The position numbers were made by a program, and so were the translations under genes. 64,000 nt of DNA, from IMG/VR virus record IMGVR_UViG_3300027985_000918, positions 338,384-402,383 of that record. One strand, given 5' to 3'. Within the stretch, counting starts at the first letter, position 1. The number at the start of each line of letters is the position of its first letter. The notes below the pieces were generated by a model. That model had not been told where the DNA came from and did no database searches. It saw only the letters and a list, made by a program, of their open reading frames with translations. Shown one piece after another: positions 17,937 to 26,892 of the stretch.

Positions 17937-19915
17937 TTGCCCTCCCCGACATTCAACAAAATGCCATCGAACAGTAGCTCTCCCAGCTTTTCGATGTCGG
18001 GGGTGTTGTCCAGCGTAACGTCCATGTTGGCCACCAACCCGAACTCCGAAACGATACTGGTGTGCTGATTGGTGAACAGAGAGGCGGTGGCCTCAGCATC
18101 CGAAGCGTTGGCCCCCTTGATGGCCTCTTCCTGAAGAGCCCTGAGATCGACCCCCTCCAAAGCGGCGGCCTCGATGAGCGGCTTATTGTAGACGGAGCAG
18201 TGACCACTCCCATCCAACATGGCTTTCTTGTGGACACAGGACCCGCAGCGCCCCATCGCCAACACCCGCTTGACCTGGTTGGTCCGATGCTTGCTGGCAG
18301 CTTCCTTGCAGCCCGTGTACCCCGTCGGAGAGGCATAGGCTGCAGCGTCCACGTAGACGTGTCCCGCCAACCCCTCATGCTGGGCACGAAGCTCTCGGAT
18401 ATCCTGGGCAGCCTTCCGCAAAAGGTCAGTGTTCCAACGGGCCTGGATTAGCTGGTCGAGATCCTTCCCCATCCATCCCTCATTCATCGCCCTCCGAGTC
18501 CAAAGAGCCAGCCGCTCAAACTCCGCCGTCTTCGTGGTCCCGCTGCCCTCCTTCCGGCTCAGCTCAGCACCCTTTTTGACGGCCAGGCCGGCACCCTCAT
18601 AGGTTCCCGTCTTTGGGGCGGAAACCCACTCGGAGGCCCTCTTGAGCATATCGTCGGTACCGAGCTTCCGCAGCTCATACACCTGGCGAGAGGTCAGATC
18701 TCCAGATGCCAGCCACTGAGAGACCTTCGCCAGAGCCTTGGCCCGACGGGCCTGGGACCCATCGTTGACCCGGATCTCCTCCATCACCTCGGGGGTAGAC
18801 GCCTGAAACTGGCGTACCGCCTCGGCCAGGGTGACAGTGTCAGCAGGTCGGACCTCGACCGGCTTGGGCCTCTCGACATGGAAAGCATAGGCGGCCGTGG
18901 GGCCCTTCTTGAACGCCCCCCGCAGAGCCTCCTGAGGACCCTTGGACAAATCCAGCTCGTAGCCCGCTGCCTTGAGGAGAGGGCCATAGTGCCGGAGAGC
19001 CTGCTCCCACGGGACAGCGGGAACGGCCTGCATCCCTAGCTTGGTCCCGATGGAGGGGTCATCGGTGATGACGTACCGGGCTCCCCGAGCCCGCCTCTTG
19101 ATCTCCTGAACCCACTTGCCGTTCTTGATTCCGGGGAAAGCGTTGGCCCGGATGAACACGTTGCCGGCGAGGCCGATGTCCCTGCTCAGGTGAGCCACGA
19201 CACCTCTGGTGTTGGATGCGTCATCACCCAGAGCAGCCACCAAATCCCGCTTGATCTCGTCAAGCGGCTTACCAAAGTGAGCGTCCCGGACAGCCTTCAT
19301 GGCAGCAGCCCGGACCAGGTGCTCATCGGAATCCTGCTTGGGGCCGGGAGTTGCCGGATGTGGACTGTTGTTCATCTGCTGGTGGTAGCGCTCCGCCTCC
19401 AGGTCCTTAGCCGGGATACGAGAAACGCCATCCGTCCTTCGGTTTACCCCCCAGGCTTCCTCCAGCTCTGCGATACCCTTGTCAACGGGGTTATCGGGGA
19501 GTCTGTTCGGGTCCTGACCCTGAGTCGGGTCAAGCCAAAGCAGATCCATGATAGCGGCGTTCTTGTCGTGCCCTTCCTCGACAGTGAACATGGTCCCCAG
19601 GTGGAGGCCTCCCTCGTTGTCCTGCATAAGGGCGGCCTCGTCCAAAGGAGCCTCGACGGAAGCACCCATGATGGAAGCCACCATGTCCTGTGGGCGCTTG
19701 TAGCTACCCCGATGGGCACCACTCCCCGGTGCGGGTCCTGGAGAGGCCCCAGGCAGACCAGGCCGCTCCTTAACTCCCTCACCCATCGTTTGGTCGAAAT
19801 GGTATCCGTCCAAGCCGTAGTTCGAGCCCAGACTCCACTGGAAATCTTCGCTAGGCATGTTGGATTCGGCCAGGATCTCGGCCGCCCAATCGAGGGCCTT
19901 CTTCTTGTTGCTCAT
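17933..19915 (-). CDS. Large hypothetical virion protein with C-terminal Cys cluster (660 aa)
   Basis: Coupled ORF; C..H, CGSCVH and HCSVYNK cluster; several KxA[AE] sites. Confidence 0.6.
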   Translation of the reverse strand: MSNKKKALDWAAEILAESNMPSEDFQWSLGSNYGLDGYHFDQTMGEGVKERPGLPGASPGPAPGSGAHRGSYKRPQDMVASIMGASVEAPLDEAALMQDNEGGLHLGTMFTVEEGHDKNAAIMDLLWLDPTQGQDPNRLPDNPVDKGIAELEEAWGVNRRTDGVSRIPAKDLEAERYHQQMNNSPHPATPGPKQDSDEHLVRAAAMKAVRDAHFGKPLDEIKRDLVAALGDDASNTRGVVAHLSRDIGLAGNVFIRANAFPGIKNGKWVQEIKRRARGARYVITDDPSIGTKLGMQAVPAVPWEQALRHYGPLLKAAGYELDLSKGPQEALRGAFKKGPTAAYAFHVERPKPVEVRPADTVTLAEAVRQFQASTPEVMEEIRVNDGSQARRAKALAKVSQWLASGDLTSRQVYELRKLGTDDMLKRASEWVSAPKTGTYEGAGLAVKKGAELSRKEGSGTTKTAEFERLALWTRRAMNEGWMGKDLDQLIQARWNTDLLRKAAQDIRELRAQHEGLAGHVYVDAAAYASPTGYTGCKEAASKHRTNQVKRVLAMGRCGSCVHKKAMLDGSGHCSVYNKPLIEAAALEGVDLRALQEEAIKGANASDAEATASLFTNQHTSIVSEFGLVANMDVTLDNTPDIEKLGELLFDGILLNVGEGK

Positions 19916-20595
19916 GCCGTCCTCCTTGCCGAGTACCGAGCTGCAAGGCGAGATGCCTGCACATGGATATTACCGTCGGCAGAGGCCAGTCTGGGCTTTC
20001 CGTCGGTCACCTTATCATCGTCCCGATCCGCCTCGGACTCTTCCTGCTCCGCCCACTCCTCCGGGTCCTCCCGAATTTCCTCCACTTCGTCCATGATCTG
20101 CTTGACCTCATCCCGATCACGGGGGTCTCCACCAGAGTCATCGACCCGAGGATTCCAATGGACGGCCTGCATCTCGTCGTACATCGAGTCGGAAACAGCG
20201 CTCAACGCCTCCAGGACGTTCGTGTAGAGCTTACGGATGTCCTTAATTGTCAGAATATAACCCTTCCCACCAATGGACCCGTCGGGGCTGATCCGCTGAC
20301 TCTTGATCTTGTTGAAAATGGTGTAGGCACTCTGGGCATGCCCCAGTGCCATCAAAGTAGCTCTCAGGGACTTGGCCAGGGGCTCCAGGTTCTTGGGGTT
20401 GAACTCGTAATCGGGGTCAATCATCCGCTCAGATGCCCCGGCGGGATTCCACGCCCATTCCTTGGAGTCCCCCCCACGATCCTTGATGAAGCGGACTTCA
20501 CCGGCCGTGCGGTCCATGGCGGCACGTTTCATATGTGCCGAAGCCACCCGGCGGATGGCTTCGGCGTCAAGCTGTGGAGTCCTCGTCGTGGACAT
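19912..20595 (-). CDS. Hypothetical virion protein with RVAxxH and RLAxxY motifs at both termini (227 aa)
   Basis: N-terminal IRRVASAHMKRAA, C-terminal SRLAARY; GGAGG RBS; late-type motif upstream. Confidence 0.65.
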   Translation of the reverse strand: MSTTRTPQLDAEAIRRVASAHMKRAAMDRTAGEVRFIKDRGGDSKEWAWNPAGASERMIDPDYEFNPKNLEPLAKSLRATLMALGHAQSAYTIFNKIKSQRISPDGSIGGKGYILTIKDIRKLYTNVLEALSAVSDSMYDEMQAVHWNPRVDDSGGDPRDRDEVKQIMDEVEEIREDPEEWAEQEESEADRDDDKVTDGKPRLASADGNIHVQASRLAARYSARRTA

Positions 20596-20611
20596 ACTGT
20601 GGAACCTCCAA

Positions 20612-20636
20612 CCCTACTGAGCGAAACCTATAAACC
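20612..20636 (-). promoter_or_regulatory. Putative phage late promoter
   Basis: Minus-strand GTTTATAGGTTTCGCTCAGTAGGG just before the RBS; a near-identical layout GTTTATAG..GGTAGAG lies upstream of the 1706-aa gene (12117-12141). Confidence 0.5.
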
Positions 20637-20651
20637 AAATACCCGCCGGAA

Positions 20652-21071
20652 TCAGTGGGGCATCTGCTTGAACGGAATACGACTACGCAGGCTAAACCCC
20701 TCCATCGCCTGATCTACTTCATCCGACCCGATAGACCGGGTGTTCACCCCGACACGAAAACCGTAGTTAGCCACCATGACTCTCGGATTCGACTTCGGGC
20801 AGAAAAACGTCGTCCCCAGGCCAGTCCCGCCCGCCCAGGCGTCTCCCGACTCCAGATCCTTCTGAAGCTCCATAAACAGGCCGAAGAGTTTCTTGTCCCA
20901 TGTCTGGATGGGTTGGATCAGATGGTTGGCAGTGCCGTAGCCGGAGAAGCTCGTCCACAGCCAGTAGTCCCCCCCACCGGATTGGTGGAGGTACACCTTA
21001 GGGGCTTCTCCTTCTGCTGCCTGCTTACGAGTATGGGCCTCTGCGACCCTTTTGATTGCTGCACGGTTCAT
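20652..21071 (-). CDS. Hypothetical protein with N-terminal RVAEAH motif (139 aa)
   Basis: Starts MNRAAIKRVAEAHTRKQAA; operonic spacing. Confidence 0.6.
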   Translation of the reverse strand: MNRAAIKRVAEAHTRKQAAEGEAPKVYLHQSGGGDYWLWTSFSGYGTANHLIQPIQTWDKKLFGLFMELQKDLESGDAWAGGTGLGTTFFCPKSNPRVMVANYGFRVGVNTRSIGSDEVDQAMEGFSLRSRIPFKQMPH

Positions 21072-21074
21072 CGC

Positions 21075-21668
21075 TCAGATCTCCTTCAGGGGATTCCCGT
21101 CATAGTCGAAAAGGCGCTCGATGACAAAGCCGGCCGAGTCCTGACGAAAAGACCAGAGGTCCTTAGTCGCCATGTGGACCAGCTCATCATCGGCATTGAC
21201 AGCGCCGGCCTGAGCGAAAAATCCCGCCAGGCTGTTCAAATCGGCCGTTCGGATAACCACGTTGTAGGCCATCCTGCGGTTCGACTTTGCCGGTGCCAGG
21301 TGGGAAGCCAAGATGGGACGGAAAACCCCATCGTCCCACTTGACGAAAACCATCCCATCCTCAGAGGCCGTGACCTTGCCCTCAGCCGCCTTGACCTTGA
21401 TCACCGTCCCTTCAATGCCGGGATCGGGAAGGGAGTCGTAGGTCAGCACAGATCCCGTATTGTACTTGAACGACACTCGGGTCCCTGCCTCGACGGGCAG
21501 CCCGATTCCGCCAGCCTGACGACCCCGGTCGGTCAGGCCGACCATGACAGACATCTCGGGGCCCTCCATGTTCTTCGCCTGAAGCAGACGGTCGATGGCC
21601 GAGGGAACACTCGGGTTGGCGTTCAGGTGGCCATTAGCATCGGCCCATTTGTCCCAGAAATCACTCAT
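21075..21668 (-). CDS. Hypothetical protein with SH3-like core (197 aa)
   Basis: AGTRVSF..GTVIKV..VFVKWDDG pattern; operonic. Confidence 0.6.
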   Translation of the reverse strand: MSDFWDKWADANGHLNANPSVPSAIDRLLQAKNMEGPEMSVMVGLTDRGRQAGGIGLPVEAGTRVSFKYNTGSVLTYDSLPDPGIEGTVIKVKAAEGKVTASEDGMVFVKWDDGVFRPILASHLAPAKSNRRMAYNVVIRTADLNSLAGFFAQAGAVNADDELVHMATKDLWSFRQDSAGFVIERLFDYDGNPLKEI

Positions 21669-21671
21669 GAT

Positions 21672-22073
21672 TCACCACCTGCTCTGCTTCACAGAGTCGA
21701 GCCAATACACCATATCCTTCTCCAGGTTGGCGCTCGGCCCAAACTCCTTGTCCTGGTTGTACAGAGAAACCTTGAACTTCCTCGGGGTGCCCTTCACAGT
21801 GATCGTGAAAGGCTCCTTGGTGTCGTGGATCGTGATGATGAGCTGGTAGGGGCCCCGCTTGACAGTATTCTTGCTGAAGCTCCACCACTCCGTGATGACC
21901 TTCTCCACGTCCACCCACCAGTCTCGAACCACCGCCTGCATCCGGGTCTCGAACGGGGTCGTGTTGACCCCAGCGAAATTCGTCCCCCGGGCCTCACGCA
22001 GGAAGGGGACCAGAAGGGAGCGAGTCTCCGGACGCTCCGCAGCCAGCTTCTTCAGATCGTTGTACAAACTCAT
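21672..22073 (-). CDS. Hypothetical protein with N-terminal KLA..P..R..L.P.LR motif
   Basis: Start at 22073 gives an ATGA overlap with the upstream stop; begins MSLYNDLKKLAAERPETRSLLVPFLREA. Confidence 0.65.
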   Translation of the reverse strand: MSLYNDLKKLAAERPETRSLLVPFLREARGTNFAGVNTTPFETRMQAVVRDWWVDVEKVITEWWSFSKNTVKRGPYQLIITIHDTKEPFTITVKGTPRKFKVSLYNQDKEFGPSANLEKDMVYWLDSVKQSRW

Positions 22074-23326
22074 CGTCGGATCCTCCACCTCACGTTCAAA
22101 GTCTGAGCGGTGTTGAACTCGATGTCGAAACCGCTGGCGCCCTTGTTCGTGACCCAGGGGGGCTCATCATTAGCTGGGTGGGAATCCAGCTCCAAGGCCA
22201 CGTCATAGCTGTCGTCCGGCTGGGGGATGCCGAATGTTACCGTCTCGGTAGCAGAGGCGGCGAACCCCTGAGTCCCACCCAGAGAGCCGTTGAACTCGGC
22301 GTTCAGGTTCCCCGCCAGCAGCGAAGAGTAGGTGCTGTTGAGCAGAGCCAATGTGGAAGTCTCCAGCAGGGAGACCACCCCCAGTACCGAGTTGGTAGCC
22401 TGCCCAGACTGGTCCCCGCTGAGCTGGAGCCGCTTGGCAGAACCCATACTCATGCCCAGAAGCAGTAGGCTCCCACCCCCATCCAGGTCCACCGAGACCG
22501 CCGGGGACAATCCCGTCTCCGAAGCCACCTGGTGACTGTTCTCGATGATGTACGCCTCATGGGCCTGAGAGGGGAGATCCTGGGCGGTATCCCACCGGAG
22601 AGACACGGCGGCCTCGCAGACCGCAGAGCGCAAACACAGCCGGGCCGCTTCTTCCCCAACCACCAGGGAGCCAAGGCCCCCTCCGAATCGGCAGAGGTCC
22701 GTCTCGACGAAGTTGCATGCCGTAACCCACAGGGGGCGTCCGCCCCCCAGAGAATCGTCCCAGAGGGTGCAGCTCTTGATGTAGATCCCCACCTCCCCCA
22801 CCGTCGAGGCAGCCCCGCCGACGATGCGGAGAGCGGCCTTGTTGTCGTGGGCGTTGTGGATCTCGAACCCCTCAATGAGACAAAACTCCGGGGTGGTCCC
22901 AAGCTGGGAGGACAGGATGACCGTATGGTCATTCCCCGGGGCATTCGGGGTGGCGTTCAGAGGGTCCTTGAGGGTGGGTCGTCCGAGACCCACCAGACTC
23001 ACCCCGTTCCGCACAATGTTGATCGTCTCTTCGTACACCCCAGGCATCACCAGGATGATGTACGGGTTGGTCGGGCTGGCGAGACTTGGGACTGCGTCGA
23101 TAGCCGACTGGATAGTCGTGTACGCAGCCCCCGTCCCCGACTTACCAACAACCAGCACATTTCCGATAGACCGAAGACCAGCGAGCTGATTCAGCAAAAT
23201 GCCCCCCGTCACGACAGCGTCGGTGAACTTGAGGGCACCCGTGACAGCGTCCCGCTCGATGAGCAGGGTGTCGCCGGAGCCGGGCTCCACCTGTAGGGAA
23301 TCTGCCTTGAAGGGAGGCTGTGCCAT
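22070..23326 (-). CDS. Pectin-lyase-like beta-helix virion protein (spike or fibre) with C-terminal small beta domain (418 aa)
   Basis: VVGKSG..YTTIQSAIDA..IILVMPGVYEETI is typical of pectinesterase-like beta-helix N-termini; C-terminal SYDVALE..VTNKGASGFDI. Confidence 0.6.
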   Translation of the reverse strand: MAQPPFKADSLQVEPGSGDTLLIERDAVTGALKFTDAVVTGGILLNQLAGLRSIGNVLVVGKSGTGAAYTTIQSAIDAVPSLASPTNPYIILVMPGVYEETINIVRNGVSLVGLGRPTLKDPLNATPNAPGNDHTVILSSQLGTTPEFCLIEGFEIHNAHDNKAALRIVGGAASTVGEVGIYIKSCTLWDDSLGGGRPLWVTACNFVETDLCRFGGGLGSLVVGEEAARLCLRSAVCEAAVSLRWDTAQDLPSQAHEAYIIENSHQVASETGLSPAVSVDLDGGGSLLLLGMSMGSAKRLQLSGDQSGQATNSVLGVVSLLETSTLALLNSTYSSLLAGNLNAEFNGSLGGTQGFAASATETVTFGIPQPDDSYDVALELDSHPANDEPPWVTNKGASGFDIEFNTAQTLNVRWRIRR

Positions 23327-23334
23327 CGTCTACC

Positions 23335-23973
23335 TCACTCCCCATCCCGCAGGAGTGGGGCCAGGTGCTGCCGGAGTTCGGGAACCTCGGCTGCGAGCTT
23401 CTTTAGGTCGGCCTCCAAAGAAGCTCGGTGCCCGCTCCGATGTGCCGCATTGACGATGTCGTCAATCTGGTCCACCACCTGCTGGGCACGGTCAGCCAGG
23501 GCCACCGCCACGGGGCGGATCTTCTTTTCAAGCAGGGTAGGGGCCTCGATGTAGTGGCTCCCGAACCTCTCCAGACCCTTGAGCTGGCTCTGAACACTCT
23601 TGATGGCGTCCACTACGGACTTCACGTCAATGAACTGGGAGAAGCTCTTGTCGTTCTGGATCAGCTCGTATGCCTGGACGTAGGGGTCATCCCCAATATT
23701 TGCCGCCTTGTCCCTCATTGCGAATCTCCGCTCGTTCAGCTTAACCTTGGCCCAAACCGCACCTGCGTGTCGGATGAACTTCTCTGCCGTGGATTTGTCC
23801 GGAAACCTCAGAGGGTCCCTCTGATTGTTGGTCGGAGACAACCAGGCCCCTTGGGCATCCCGGATGTACCAGCTCCGGGGGGTACTGATACCAACGGGAA
23901 CCGCCTCGTAAGGTCCCGGGAAAGTGTACTTTTTGATCAGGTCGTAAACCCGCTGGATCTCAGGAGTAGCCAT
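23335..23973 (-). CDS. Hypothetical protein with C-terminal KLA..PELRQHL.PLLR motif
   Basis: Start refined to 23973 (MATPEIQ), 1 nt after the upstream stop; ends HRASLEADLKKLAAEVPELRQHLAPLLRDGE. Confidence 0.65.
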   Translation of the reverse strand: MATPEIQRVYDLIKKYTFPGPYEAVPVGISTPRSWYIRDAQGAWLSPTNNQRDPLRFPDKSTAEKFIRHAGAVWAKVKLNERRFAMRDKAANIGDDPYVQAYELIQNDKSFSQFIDVKSVVDAIKSVQSQLKGLERFGSHYIEAPTLLEKKIRPVAVALADRAQQVVDQIDDIVNAAHRSGHRASLEADLKKLAAEVPELRQHLAPLLRDGE

Positions 23974-23974
23974 A

Positions 23975-24658
23975 TCACACCACCACGTCGTAGCCAACAT
24001 CAACGGTTTCGGCTGGCTGCAGCTCGATGCCGAGGGCAACCGTGAACCCGGTCTTGGTCTTACTGGTGACCCTAACGGGAAAAAACCCTGAAGGCTCCAG
24101 AAGAACCCGGTAAGTCGCCGTCGGGAGAGCCGACGTGAATGTCACCGTTTTTGAGCTATTGTCCGCCTGAGCGAACGTCAGAGTTCCCCCCAGAGCGCTC
24201 GCTGCAGATGTCGAGACCAGAATCGCCCAGTCCACATCCTTCTCATCCCCGACAGCCCCGTAAGTTGAAGGGGCCACCAAGAGGAAGGACGTGATGGTCT
24301 TGTTCTCGACCCGCATGGGGGTTCCGTCGGGGGTTGTTACCTGAACCCGGTAATCGGTGTTGTTCAGAAGCCCGGGGGCCACCGCTACCGTGCGGGAGGC
24401 CTGCCCGTTGAACGTCTCAGTGCCGCTGGTCACGGACGACTCGGTGGTCAGGAGCTGGGCCAGATCCACCGAGTCGTACATGTCCTGGAGGACCTCTTCG
24501 GGCACCCCCGTCATCGAGTCTGTAATCAGCCCCCGAGGCCCACGAATATTGCGAACCGACGATGCGGACTGCTCATTGATGACGATGTCCCACACGTACT
24601 CCTGTCCCCCTCGGGAGGACTTGTATGTGAGGACTGTCTGGACTCGGGAGAGGGCCAC
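23975..24658 (-). CDS. Virion structural protein with two repeated small beta domains (227 aa)
   Basis: Two repeats, TDYRVQVT..VENKTITSF and TYRVLLE..VTSKTKTGF, similar to the C-terminus of 22070-23326. Confidence 0.6.
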   Translation of the reverse strand: MALSRVQTVLTYKSSRGGQEYVWDIVINEQSASSVRNIRGPRGLITDSMTGVPEEVLQDMYDSVDLAQLLTTESSVTSGTETFNGQASRTVAVAPGLLNNTDYRVQVTTPDGTPMRVENKTITSFLLVAPSTYGAVGDEKDVDWAILVSTSAASALGGTLTFAQADNSSKTVTFTSALPTATYRVLLEPSGFFPVRVTSKTKTGFTVALGIELQPAETVDVGYDVVV

Positions 24659-24672
24659 AGATCACCTCCGGC

Positions 24673-25758
24673 TCAGCTCCAGACCGAGAACTGGTACTTG
24701 TACTTGATGCCGCCCTGGTCCATCTTCGCCTGGAGCTGCTTCCCCGTCATGCGCTTGATGTCGTCCTGGTTGGCCTTGGCCCACAGGAACATCTTGCGGG
24801 CGCCCGCAGGACTGGTACTCACCAACTTGGTGTAGTGGGGGTCTCCACCGAAGGCGTACTCATCAAGCTGCTTGTCGGTGTAGCCATTGTTGAGGGTGAC
24901 GTCGAACGAGGTCCACTCAGCCTTGATATAGAACTCATCCTTCGCCTTGATCTCGACGGGGGCATAGTCCACCGGCTCAACCTGGAGGTAGTTGACATCC
25001 TCTTCTTTAGGCATCCAACGACCCGTGAGGGACTGGGAAACCCAATCGGGGTACTCCAAACCCTCTTTATCCAGATCCTTGAACGCCTTCTCGATGGCCT
25101 TCTTGAGGCCAGCAGCAGAGGCTTCGGCGGTCTGGGAGGCGTTGGGCTTCCAGTCCCGCTCCAGGTTCTCGATCATGAAGTAGTCGTAGATCTTCCCCAA
25201 CGGTCCCGTCCCGTTGAGACTCTGGATCTGACCACCAATGCCAAACGTGAACCGCTTGAGGCTCCGCTTACCCTTCTGGGGCAGTTCCTCGATGACGACG
25301 TAGTGCCGGGGGTGCCCGGAGATACGGATACGGGTCTTGTCGCCGACGAGAATCTTGTCCCACTTCTCACGGGCGATTCGAGCAGCGGCCCACCGCCCCA
25401 TGAAGTCCTCATCGGCCCTGGCTCCCTCAAACTCCCGCCATGCCTGCTCGGCAGCCTTGCCGGTCAGAATGCTCTTGGTCTGGGGGTAGTAGAGGACCCG
25501 GTCACCCGCCCGGAAAGGGATTCCCTTCTCATCCACGCCGGGGCGCCGGGCGTTGATCCAGCGGGGGTCTCCCCCCTGACCACGGCTCCGGCCGGACCAG
25601 CCGGCCGACTTATCGTCGTTGCCCTCAACATACCCGAGCCCCGGGTCCTCCGCTGACTCCACGTTGAGGTGGGCGTGCTTCCGAAGGAGAGGAACCAGGT
25701 GCTTGCGGATGGACGGCACGTCCACTGCCAACTTGCTCAGCTTGCTGTAGAGATTCAT
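24673..25758 (-). CDS. Hypothetical protein with N-terminal KLA..P.IRKHLVPLLR motif (361 aa)
   Basis: Begins MNLYSKLSKLAVDVPSIRKHLVPLLRKHA; includes FRAGDRVLYYP (SH3-like). Confidence 0.65.
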   Translation of the reverse strand: MNLYSKLSKLAVDVPSIRKHLVPLLRKHAHLNVESAEDPGLGYVEGNDDKSAGWSGRSRGQGGDPRWINARRPGVDEKGIPFRAGDRVLYYPQTKSILTGKAAEQAWREFEGARADEDFMGRWAAARIAREKWDKILVGDKTRIRISGHPRHYVVIEELPQKGKRSLKRFTFGIGGQIQSLNGTGPLGKIYDYFMIENLERDWKPNASQTAEASAAGLKKAIEKAFKDLDKEGLEYPDWVSQSLTGRWMPKEEDVNYLQVEPVDYAPVEIKAKDEFYIKAEWTSFDVTLNNGYTDKQLDEYAFGGDPHYTKLVSTSPAGARKMFLWAKANQDDIKRMTGKQLQAKMDQGGIKYKYQFSVWS

Positions 25759-25789
25759 GTTGTTACCTGCCTGGAACTACTGGGTTAGG

Positions 25790-26098
25790 TTACCAAACCC
25801 CTGTTGTCTCAAAACCCCGCCTCTCGAACCAGCTCTGAAGAGACAGCATAGCTTCCCGATTCGAGGACCACAGAGTCACACAGTCGAAACTCTCTCGGAT
25901 GCCGAGGTCTGGGATGGTAGGCACCCCCGCCATCGCCACCTTGCCATCTCTCTGGGATCGGAGCAGCCCGGGGATGTAGCGGTAATCCTTCGCCCCGTAC
26001 AAGACCGAGAATCGAAACTCAGCGGTGGCGATGCGGCTGACCCACCTCCGGGCCACTCGCCTTGCCATGACGATCCTCTTCTCGTTATCCTGGGACAT
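25790..26098 (-). CDS. Hypothetical protein with RVARRW motif (102 aa)
   Basis: AGGAG RBS; late-type ATCGGTAGAG upstream at 26128-26137. Confidence 0.6.
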   Translation of the reverse strand: MSQDNEKRIVMARRVARRWVSRIATAEFRFSVLYGAKDYRYIPGLLRSQRDGKVAMAGVPTIPDLGIRESFDCVTLWSSNREAMLSLQSWFERRGFETTGVW

Positions 26099-26170
26099 GC
26101 TGCTCCTACGGTAAAACCGGGGCTTTGCTCTACCGATAGCCTCACATAGGCGATCTACCGGGGAGCCGCT

Positions 26171-26797
26171 TCAGTCCAGAATAAGCGGAAGGGGAAACAG
26201 CCGCTCGCCGGATCGGCGGACTTCTCGGAGGATGTTCAGGTTGGCGGCGATGAACTCAAACAACCGGATGTACAGGTCGTAAGTGTCGGTCTTGGGACCA
26301 CCCAGCTTGACGGCCTCCTGAAGGTGCTTGATGGTCCGCAGGAACCGATGTCGGACCAAACCCTGGGTAACCCCAAGCTGTTTGGCGACTTCCGACTGGC
26401 AGGTGGTCTTCCACATGCCAAGCATAATCTGGACATCCAGATCATTGCCCAGGAACCCCTGGAGATCTGCCAGAAGGGTTTCCTCTTCGACACGGGGGAG
26501 CTGGAATAGAAACTGGATGCGGGCGGTCGCCCTCTGGAGACGATAGTGAACTGTGGGCTGGGAGCACTCAAACAGCCCGGCGATCTCCGTTTGCTTGAGC
26601 TTTTTGAAGAAGTACAGATCCACGAAGTCTGCTTCCAATGGAGGCAGGAACTCCATGTACTCCTTGACCACCTCAATCTGAGCCAGATCCTCGTCGGAGG
26701 GTTCGGTGAAGATGGAGTCCAGGAACCCCATCCCATCTTCGATAGAGAACCTGGTCTCGATGTCGCTAGGATCGATCATGTGTCCTGTCCAAGCCAT
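26171..26797 (-). CDS. Tandem sigma-70 region-4-like HTH protein
   Basis: Two HTH segments, KLKQTEIAGLFECSQPTVHYRLQRA and TCQSEVAKQLGVTQGLVRHRFLR; start refined to ATG 26797 behind GGGGAG. Confidence 0.65.
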   Translation of the reverse strand: MAWTGHMIDPSDIETRFSIEDGMGFLDSIFTEPSDEDLAQIEVVKEYMEFLPPLEADFVDLYFFKKLKQTEIAGLFECSQPTVHYRLQRATARIQFLFQLPRVEEETLLADLQGFLGNDLDVQIMLGMWKTTCQSEVAKQLGVTQGLVRHRFLRTIKHLQEAVKLGGPKTDTYDLYIRLFEFIAANLNILREVRRSGERLFPLPLILD

Positions 26798-26892
26798 GCG
26801 TGCTCCCCGGCTAAACCCCCAAGAAGGGCTTTCTGCACAGCTCAAACAGACCAACCGACCTTCCAACCATACCCGACAACCGGGCACTGGCC

